A stretch of DNA of 63,440 nucleotides, the filler included, from Clostridia bacterium (lineage in GTDB: Bacteria > CBDUZB01 > JAGLHV01), in NCBI GenBank assembly GCA_030637025.1. It is 6 parts of 6 records of this genome, joined end to end, with 100 filler letters (N's around TTAATTAATTAA, not from the genome) between each part and the next. Parts side by side here need not be neighbours in the genome. Positions count along the whole stretch, not along the records: positions 53,691 to 61,691 come from DAOVVV010000060.1; positions 61,792 to 63,440 come from DAOVVV010000010.1; 4 more parts are not named here. One strand, 5' to 3'. This document shows positions 56,282 to 63,440 of this stretch, piece after piece (the first letter of the stretch is position 1; the number at the start of each line of letters is the position of its first letter). The notes under the pieces were generated by a model. The model was given only the letters and a program-made list of their open reading frames with translations. It was not told where the DNA came from and made no database searches. Position numbers and translations under genes: made by a program.

Positions 56282-57541
56282 TTATTCATTCTTTGATATT
56301 ACCTTATTTTTTTCCTGAAAAACACCCAAAGCCGCCGGAAAAGGAGAAAGTGCTCTTTCCAGAACCCCCTGTAAAAAAGAAATACAAACCCCATAGTTAG
56401 TTATGGGAATACCGGCCTCTTTGGCTTGCTGAAATCTAACCAAAACCTCCCTGCGGGTAAACATACATCCCCCGCAATGGATAATCAGTTTATAGTTCTT
56501 TAAATTATCCGGATAATCCCTTCCCGCACAAACATCTATTCTTAAATCACCGCCTACATATTGCCTTAACCAGCGGGGAATTTTTACCCTGCCAATATCA
56601 TCCTCTACCGGATGATGACTACAGGCCTCAGCAACCAGGATTTTATCTCCTGATTTTAGTTTATCGATAATTAAAACATTCCTTACCGCCTCCACTAAAT
56701 TGGATTTATAGCGGGCAAAAAGAATAGAAAAAGTCGTACATTTTATATTTTTAGGCGTATCAGCCATCATTTTCAATACCACCTGGGAATCACAGACTAC
56801 AATATCCGGTGGATTTTTTAAATTATCCAGTAAGTGAGCATATTCCCTCTCTTTAACAATTAAGCAGGCAGCATCATTATCCAGAGCATCCCTGATTGTT
56901 TGCACCTGGGGCAAGATAATCCTTCCCTTGGGTGCCTCCAAATCTATAGGAACAATTAATATAGCCAATCCTCCGGAAGGTAATAAATCCCCTATTAAAG
57001 CCGGTGGATTTAAAAAATCATCCGGACAGATTTCCATTAAACATCGTTTTAACTCATTTACATAATTATCTCTGTTTTCCAATTTCATACTGGAACAAAG
57101 GATAAAAATTTTTGTTTTTTCCTTAATTTTTTCTATAAATAAATCATCAGGATATTTTAAGTCAATCTTATTGACTACAATAATAACCGGTATTTTGTTT
57201 TTCTCCGCCTGACTTAAAATATCTTCTTCATATTCGTTCCATATATCCGGTTCAACTACCAGTAAAATAACATCCGCCCGGTTAAATACCTTTCTGGTTT
57301 TTTCCATTCTTAATTGAGCAAGTGTTGATAAGTCATTAAACCCGGCAGTATCTAAAAAAACCACCGGCCCTAAAGGCAAAAGCTCCATTGTTTTCTCTAC
57401 TACATCCGTAGTCGTTCCGGGAACAGTAGAGGTTATGGCTACCTCCTGACCGGCAACCATATTGAGAAAAGCAGATTTACCTACATTAGTCCGGCCAAAC
57501 AAACCGATTTGTAATCTTAATGATTTAGGTGTTTTGTCCAT
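56282..57541 (-). CDS. hydF: [FeFe]-hydrogenase maturation GTPase HydF
   Basis: GRTNVGKS, PGTTTD, APKGRIILPQ, EACSHH, HCGGC. Confidence 0.97.
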   Translation of the reverse strand: MDKTPKSLRLQIGLFGRTNVGKSAFLNMVAGQEVAITSTVPGTTTDVVEKTMELLPLGPVVFLDTAGFNDLSTLAQLRMEKTRKVFNRADVILLVVEPDIWNEYEEDILSQAEKNKIPVIIVVNKIDLKYPDDLFIEKIKEKTKIFILCSSMKLENRDNYVNELKRCLMEICPDDFLNPPALIGDLLPSGGLAILIVPIDLEAPKGRIILPQVQTIRDALDNDAACLIVKEREYAHLLDNLKNPPDIVVCDSQVVLKMMADTPKNIKCTTFSILFARYKSNLVEAVRNVLIIDKLKSGDKILVAEACSHHPVEDDIGRVKIPRWLRQYVGGDLRIDVCAGRDYPDNLKNYKLIIHCGGCMFTRREVLVRFQQAKEAGIPITNYGVCISFLQGVLERALSPFPAALGVFQEKNKVISKNE

Positions 57542-58913
57542 TGTTTTTATATCCTAGGGCAGTAAGTTTATACGGAGACAGAATTTGTTCCACCCAATCC
57601 TTTCCCAATTTTTCTCCTAAAAATTCCCACAAATTATTTTTTGGGGAAATAGAAAATTCCTCCAACAACTGACTTGCTTTTTCGTATCCTATATAAGGAA
57701 TAAAAGCGGTAATCAGAGTCGTGCTCTGATCACAATATTGCTTACATTTTAAGGCATTTGCTTTTATCTCTCTGATATGTTTTGCTAACATTTGATTACT
57801 ATTAATTAAAATATCTAATGACTCTAATGCCGCAAAAGTTAGAAGAGGCATAAATTCATTAATTTGAAATGTCCCTCTTGAACTCACTTCGCTAATAATA
57901 TAGTCATTAGCGACTATTTTCATCCCGGATTGAATTACAGCTTCTAAAACCACCGGATTAACCTTTCCCGGCATAACCGATGACCCTACTTGTACTGCCG
58001 GTAATTCTATTTCTCCCAAAAGATGCAACAGTCTCAAATCATTAGCGATTTTAATTAAATTACTGGCATGTGCTTTTAAAATTCCCGATACCTCAACAAA
58101 TACATCAGTATTAGCGGTTTGATCCACTAAATTTTCCCCGCGTGCTAAACCCAATTGAGTAACTTCCCTTAACTTTTCAATTACCAGAAAAATATAATTT
58201 TGGGGAGCAGTTAAACCGGTTCCTACTGCCGTTCCCCCTAAATTAACTACCCGCAGGCGTTCCTCACATTTAAACATACGCCATCTATCGCGGGCAAAAG
58301 CCTGAGCAAAAGCAGAAAATTCCATTCCCAGAGTCAATGGAACTGCTAATTGCAGCTCTGTTCTTCCCATTTTTACTATTGCAGCAAATTCCTTCTCTTT
58401 TTTTTGAAATTCTCCTTGCAAATTAGCTATTTCAGCCGCTAATTGACGTATCTTTAAAATAACAGCAACCTTCAAAGCAGTAGGATAAGTGTCATTAGTA
58501 GATTGATGTAAATTTACTTCTCTTAATGGGTCAACAAGAGCATAATTTCCTTTTTCCCCTCCCAATATTTCTATTGCCCGATTAGCAATTACCTCATTAA
58601 TATTCATATTGGTAGAAGTACCTGCCCCTCCCTGTAAGGCATCTAAAGGAAACTGTTCGCTTAATTTTCCTGCTATAATTTCGTTACAGGCCAAAATTAT
58701 TGCTTCTGCTTTTTTATCTTTTAAATATTTCAACTCAAAATTAGCCAAACAGCAAGCTTTTTTCACCATAGCTAAAGCCTGGATAAAAGAAAAATTTACC
58801 CGGTATCCGGTTAAAGAAAAATTATCTTTTGCCCTCTGGGTATGTATTCCCCAATAAACATCTTTAGGCACTTTTATTTCTCCCAAAGAATCCTTTTCTA
58901 TACGGTATTCCAT
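57525..58913 (-). CDS. aspA: Aspartate ammonia-lyase
   Basis: QGGAGTSTNMN, QSTND, GSSVMPGKVNP. Confidence 0.92.
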   Translation of the reverse strand: MEYRIEKDSLGEIKVPKDVYWGIHTQRAKDNFSLTGYRVNFSFIQALAMVKKACCLANFELKYLKDKKAEAIILACNEIIAGKLSEQFPLDALQGGAGTSTNMNINEVIANRAIEILGGEKGNYALVDPLREVNLHQSTNDTYPTALKVAVILKIRQLAAEIANLQGEFQKKEKEFAAIVKMGRTELQLAVPLTLGMEFSAFAQAFARDRWRMFKCEERLRVVNLGGTAVGTGLTAPQNYIFLVIEKLREVTQLGLARGENLVDQTANTDVFVEVSGILKAHASNLIKIANDLRLLHLLGEIELPAVQVGSSVMPGKVNPVVLEAVIQSGMKIVANDYIISEVSSRGTFQINEFMPLLTFAALESLDILINSNQMLAKHIREIKANALKCKQYCDQSTTLITAFIPYIGYEKASQLLEEFSISPKNNLWEFLGEKLGKDWVEQILSPYKLTALGYKNNGQNT

Positions 58914-58920
58914 TATAAAT

Positions 58921-59172
58921 TCACCCCTTTTTACTCAAAGCTGATTTAACCGATACACCCTTTATATCTCCCAACTTTCCGGTCAAAGCCCCCAACTCAT
59001 TGGTCGTAGCATCAATAATTAAAGTTATTATACAGCAATTTCTTTTTAGGTAAGGAAGTCCTGTTCGGGCAACAATAATTGCCCCAAACTCAGAAAGAAT
59101 TTCATTAACCAATGAGGCACTATTTTCTCTTTCTTCTACTATTATACCGACAAACCCTAATCTTTTTCCCAT
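58921..59172 (-). CDS. TM1266-family iron-only hydrogenase system regulator
   Basis: RLGFVGIIVE, IVARTGLPY, LGALTGKLG.I.GVSVKS. Confidence 0.88.
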   Translation of the reverse strand: MGKRLGFVGIIVEERENSASLVNEILSEFGAIIVARTGLPYLKRNCCIITLIIDATTNELGALTGKLGDIKGVSVKSALSKKG

Positions 59173-59238
59173 TTTTTATTCTCCTCCTAAAAAATAGTAA
59201 TCTCAAAAATCTTTGTCATTTAATTTATAATCTTCCGT

Positions 59239-59485
59239 TTATATTAAAATAAATGCTTTTTCTTTATTCTGCCTGCCCGCCAGTTTTCAAGGTGGATCAT
59301 TCCTTTTTTCATTCTGTCATTCCTTTTTTCATTCTGTCATTCCTTTTTTCATTCTGTCATTCCTTTTTTTCATTCTGTCATTCCTTTTTTTCATTCTGTC
59401 ATTCCTGCGAAAGCAGGAATCCATAATCCAAAACATTCTTAAAATATCAATAGATTCCTGCTTTCGCAGGAATGACAACAACAGT
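59239..59485. repeat. TGTC-REP module C (gene-less): flank, five 20/21-bp units, inverted REP doublet
   Basis: REPs at 59397-59423 and 59451-59477; left flank nearly identical to 55487 onward. Confidence 0.92.
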
Positions 59486-59491
59486 TTTCGT

Positions 59492-59538
59492 AAAAAAATC
59501 CCAACCTTCCCGACAAATTATGTCTGAAAGGTTGGGAT
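59492..59538 (-). terminator. Intrinsic terminator between hydA and the maturation genes
   Basis: Minus strand ATCCCAACCTTTCAGACA-TAATT-TGTCGGGAAGGTTGGGAT followed by a T run. Confidence 0.8.
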
Positions 59539-59633
59539 AAAATATCTTTGTTCCTTTATTTTTCCCTTGGTTTCAGACGAATATGCCCTTACCTCAGAAT
59601 CATTATTCACTTTTATACAAACTTTAACCGCTT

Positions 59634-61370
59634 TTATTTCTTAGGAATTCCCCTTTCTTTATAATGTGTATGCAAAAGATGATGAGACTTTTCCCCTAAC
59701 GGCTTCTTTAAAAATTCTTCATAGAGTGTCTTAACAGCCGGATTTTCATGCGATTTTCTGATTCCTTTTCCTTCATCTTCCTGATATATACTGGCTGCCC
59801 GCGCTTTTCTTACCTCTAAATTAGTAGGCATCGGCTGTCCTCCACCGCCTAAACATCCTCCGGGACAGGCCATTACTTCAATAAAATGATACGGAGACTT
59901 GCCCTGCGCAATTTCTTCCAATAAAAACTTAGCATTGGACAATCCATGAGCTACGGCTACTTTTACTTCCAATCCATTAAGAACTACACTAGCTTTTTTA
60001 ATCGATTCCATTCCCCGTACCTGTTCAAATTCTACTTTTTCTAAAGTTTTTCCAGTTACTACCTCGTATGCCGTCCGCAAGGCAGCTTCCATTACTCCAC
60101 CGGTAGCACCAAAAATTACTGCCGCTCCGGTTGATATTCCTAACGGTTTATCAAAATCCTCATCCGGCAAATTAACAAAATCTATCCCGGCCTCTTTAAT
60201 CATCCTGGCTGCTTCCCGTGTAGTTAATACCGCATCAACATCCTGCACCCCGGAATCATTCATTTCCGGACGCGCTGCTTCGAATTTCTTAGCAGTACAA
60301 GGCATAATGGAAACAACATACATATCTTCCGGCTTTACTTTTATCTTTTCCGCATAGTAAGTTTTAGCTATTGCTCCAAACATCTGCTGAGGAGATTTAC
60401 AACTAGATACATGCCCCAGACATTTAGGAAAAAAATGTTCAATATATTTTATCCAACCCGGCGAACAGGAAGTAATCAAAGGCAAAGTTCCTTTATTGGT
60501 TACTCTGTCTACCAATTCATGCGCTTCTTCCATAATGGTTAAATCCGCAGTAAACTGAGTATCAAATATCTTATCGAACCCTAATCTTCTTAAAGCTGCT
60601 GCCATTTTTCCGGTAACCAAACTTCCCGCCGGCAAACCAAATTCTTCTCCAATCGCGGCTCTTACTGCCGGAGCCGTCTGCATTATTACAACCTTTTTGG
60701 GGTCGGCAATTGCTGCCCAAACCTCATCTACTACTGTTTTCTCCCTTAATGCTCCGGTAGGACAGGCAAGAATACATTGTCCGCAATTAGTACATTCTAT
60801 ATTATCCAATCCCTGATTAAAAAAAGTCAAAACCTGGGTACGCCCTCCCCGGTTCACAAAATCAATCGCTCCTACCGATTGAATCTCTTTGCACACCCTA
60901 ATACAACGGCCGCATAAGATACATTTGTTCGGGTCTCTGATTACCGCCGGAGAAGAGGTATCTTCTTTATAATCATATTTTCTTGCTTTTTCAAATCTCA
61001 ATTCTTTTATACCTAAATCATAAGCTAACTTTCTCAATTCGCAGATCTGGCTTCTATCACAGGTAAAACAATCCTCCGGATGATTAGCCAATAATAATTC
61101 CACAATCATTTTACGCGCTTTCCTGATTCTTTTATTATTAGTTGTTACCTTCATTCCTTCCTCTACCACCACAGCACAGGAGGGTTCTAATCTCGGTCTT
61201 CCTTCAACTTCTACCATACAAATCCTACAAGCACCATAGATAGATAATGCTTCATGCTGACATAAATGAGGAATGTTAATATTTATTTTTTTAGCTGCCT
61301 GGAAAACAGTCGTATCTTTTTCTGCCTGAACCTTTTGTCCATCAATGATAAAATTTATTAAATTAGACAT
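59634..61370 (-). CDS. hydA: [FeFe]-hydrogenase catalytic subunit (2Fe-2S, His-4Fe4S, 2x4Fe4S, H-cluster)
   Basis: TSCSPGW, MPCTAKKFE, EVMACPGGCLGGGGQP. Confidence 0.97.
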   Translation of the reverse strand: MSNLINFIIDGQKVQAEKDTTVFQAAKKININIPHLCQHEALSIYGACRICMVEVEGRPRLEPSCAVVVEEGMKVTTNNKRIRKARKMIVELLLANHPEDCFTCDRSQICELRKLAYDLGIKELRFEKARKYDYKEDTSSPAVIRDPNKCILCGRCIRVCKEIQSVGAIDFVNRGGRTQVLTFFNQGLDNIECTNCGQCILACPTGALREKTVVDEVWAAIADPKKVVIMQTAPAVRAAIGEEFGLPAGSLVTGKMAAALRRLGFDKIFDTQFTADLTIMEEAHELVDRVTNKGTLPLITSCSPGWIKYIEHFFPKCLGHVSSCKSPQQMFGAIAKTYYAEKIKVKPEDMYVVSIMPCTAKKFEAARPEMNDSGVQDVDAVLTTREAARMIKEAGIDFVNLPDEDFDKPLGISTGAAVIFGATGGVMEAALRTAYEVVTGKTLEKVEFEQVRGMESIKKASVVLNGLEVKVAVAHGLSNAKFLLEEIAQGKSPYHFIEVMACPGGCLGGGGQPMPTNLEVRKARAASIYQEDEGKGIRKSHENPAVKTLYEEFLKKPLGEKSHHLLHTHYKERGIPKK

Positions 61371-61372
61371 TT

Positions 61373-61691
61373 TTAAACGTTCCCTCCCTTATTCATTGAG
61401 CACACATTGAGCTCACATTTTTGTTTAGTAATATGTTTTTTAAACTCATCAGGAAATTTATCTAAAGCAGAGACCACTACATTAAGTGCTGCCTGCCCTA
61501 ATCCACAACGGGAAGTATCATACAACACTTCCTGCAATTCTTTAAGAAGTTCTAAATTACTTAATTCTCCCCGGCCGCCGGCAATGTTATTTAAAATTTC
61601 CCGTGCCCGTTTACTGCCTTCGCGACAAGGGGTACATTTCCCACAGGATTCATAATCAAAAAATTCAATACACCGTTTAGCTATATCTACC
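61373..61691 (-). CDS. hydB: NuoF-like NADH-binding hydrogenase subunit, C-terminal fragment (not in ORF track)
   Basis: ESCGKCTPCREG...SRCGLGQ...KCELNVCSMNKGGNV*. Confidence 0.9.
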
Positions 61692-61791
61692 NNNNNNNNN
61701 NNNNNNNNNNNNNNNNNNNNNNNNNNNNNNNNNNNTTAATTAATTAANNNNNNNNNNNNNNNNNNNNNNNNNNNNNNNNNNNNNNNNNNNN
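61692..61791. other. Artificial contig linker
   Basis: N-TTAATTAATTAA-N. Confidence 0.99.
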
Positions 61792-61872
61792 CTGTAACTA
61801 AGGAGGCCTTTTCGGGCATTTATGGCGTAGGCAAAAATAAATTGGAATCTTACGCAGATATATTTATTAAGG

Positions 61873-62613
61873 TTGTTAAAGATTATGAATAAAGTTAGAA
61901 ATAAATATAGCAAATTCATGGGTTTGTGGCTTGCCACTTTGTTTTTGGGTGTATTTTGTGCATCAGGTGTAAAAGCAGATGGACCCGGTTATTTAGTCGC
62001 TGAAGTTTTTTCAATACCGGATTATAATACTAAAGTGCCTGATAATTCTTTTACGGATATAGGCATAGACGGCAAAACCGGCAATATTAGTCTGGTTAAT
62101 GATTATGCCTGGAGTGAGATACCGTATAAAAACGGAAAGTTAAATTTTAAAAGATCATTTATAGCCCCTACAAAAGGATATAAATTAAAAGCAATAGCAA
62201 ACAATCCGAACGGAGTATATGTTTTTGATGTTTTAGCAAACTCTATTATGGCAGACAGAAAAAATTATAAAGTTTCTGTTAAAATCAATAATCCTACCGG
62301 AATGGCTTATCATAAAGGTAAAATATATGTGGCGGATAAAAGTACAGGCAAGATTTATAAACTGCGATTAATAAAAGGCCGGGCTGAAGTAATGCAAACT
62401 TTTAAGGCACATAACAGTATTTGCGGATTGGCGTCTGATGGCAGCTTTTTATATTCTTGTGATAGCAATAATATTTATAAATACGATTTTGATATGAATA
62501 AAACTCTTATCTATAAATTAAATGTTTTTATTTCCGGCATTACATTGTCCGGTCCAGGCGAAATTCTGGCTATAGCAAAGAATAAAAGGAAGATTTACAG
62601 GTTTAAATTTTAA
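61873..62613 (+). CDS. Secreted beta-propeller-like protein
   Basis: Signal peptide; PTGMAYHKGKIYVAD and ICGLASDGSFLYSCD blades; start uncertain. Confidence 0.65.
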   Translation: MLKIMNKVRNKYSKFMGLWLATLFLGVFCASGVKADGPGYLVAEVFSIPDYNTKVPDNSFTDIGIDGKTGNISLVNDYAWSEIPYKNGKLNFKRSFIAPTKGYKLKAIANNPNGVYVFDVLANSIMADRKNYKVSVKINNPTGMAYHKGKIYVADKSTGKIYKLRLIKGRAEVMQTFKAHNSICGLASDGSFLYSCDSNNIYKYDFDMNKTLIYKLNVFISGITLSGPGEILAIAKNKRKIYRFKF

Positions 62614-62756
62614 TGAGTAAGAACAGAACATATAGGAGAAGTGAATAAGAAAAGATAAGTTTTTTTAACAAAAAGCTTTGCAATTATTACAGATATAAAT
62701 GAATTACCCTGGCTTCGCCGAGGCGAGACTGAATGTTTTTGGCATTACTATTATAA

Positions 62757-62920
62757 TAGACTTCTGCAAAATAGCCTGCCTGCCCGCTCCGCCTTATTCG
62801 CCTGAGGCGGAGGATTAGTCGTGTCATTCCTGCGAAAGCAGGAATCTATTGATATTTAAGAACCTTATAGATTCCGCATCAAGTGCGGAATGACTGAATG
62901 TGTTCTTTCGCAGAATTCTT
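62757..62920. mobile_element. MITE-like element carrying a TGTC-REP doublet
   Basis: Ends TAGACTTCTGCAAAA / TTTCGCAGAATTCTT; 13-bp direct repeat ATTACTATTATAA (62744-62756, 62921-62933). Confidence 0.8.
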
Positions 62921-62949
62921 ATTACTATTATAAGAAATGGGAGGGTAAA

Positions 62950-63440
62950 ATGGAAGCAAATATGATTACTTTATTTAGAATTGCTATGGTTTTTGTTACC
63001 GTGGGTTTGTTTGAGGTGAATTCAATTTGGTTAAATGCAGTTGCTACTTTAATGGTGGTTTTTGTAATTTATCTTGATTCACTGGATGGATATGTGGCCA
63101 GGAAATTAAAGATTACTTCAAATTTCGGTGCTTTATTTGATATTACCGGAGACCGGATTGTAGAAAATGTCTTCTGGATTTATTTTTCTGCTATAGGGAT
63201 GATCAGTTTTTGGGTGCCAATGATTGTTATTGCCAGAGGTTTTTTGACCGATACGGTAAGAGCGGTAGCCTTTAGAGAGGGAAAGACTCCTTTTGGAAAG
63301 AAAACTATGATGAAATCAAAGATTACCAGATTTTTAGTTGCTTCCCGTTTTAGCAGGGCTTTTTACGGGGGCTTAAAGCTTACAGTTTTTACCCTGATAG
63401 GAGTTTTAATTTTTTTAAATAGCGCCTATGATAATCAGAA
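62950..63440 (+). CDS. CDP-alcohol phosphatidyltransferase, runs off window end
   Basis: ANMITLFR, DSLDGYVARK...FGALFDITGDR. Confidence 0.9.
   Translation, partial: MEANMITLFRIAMVFVTVGLFEVNSIWLNAVATLMVVFVIYLDSLDGYVARKLKITSNFGALFDITGDRIVENVFWIYFSAIGMISFWVPMIVIARGFLTDTVRAVAFREGKTPFGKKTMMKSKITRFLVASRFSRAFYGGLKLTVFTLIGVLIFLNSAYDNQ

Noticed and set aside
57525-58913. aspA within the hyd operon as a novelty
   Set aside because: aspA and TM1266 are already known neighbours of hydEFG.

Overview
The window is not one locus. It is six contigs of a low-GC anaerobic bacterial draft genome or MAG, joined by 100-nt N/TTAATTAATTAA/N linkers at 3610, 31060, 38168, 53591 and 61692. The prepilin family, the PorV/FlgD-Ig proteins and the 16S sequence suggest Elusimicrobiota (inference, not tested). 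Contig 1 is an internal fragment of a giant protein with tandem winged-helix repeats and a SecM-like W-x7-RAGP motif after a TM hairpin. Contig 2 holds tuf-rpmG-tRNAs, signalling genes, glmU-prs-rplY-pth, an Opp transporter, cca and an rRNA operon. Contigs 3 and 5 carry two divergent copies of hydG plus an SDR gene; contig 3 adds hydE, and contig 5 adds hydB, hydA, TM1266, aspA and hydF. Contig 4 holds parA/parB, an HD-GYP protein, lipoproteins, a matrixin-PorV module, ndk and an SbcD/YhaN-like pair. The most notable non-housekeeping signal is a small GIY-YIG nuclease gene between direct copies of a TGTC-tagged palindromic (REP-like) module. That module has variable 20-bp tandem tails and gene-less copies elsewhere, and it takes part in several nested MITE/REP insertions.
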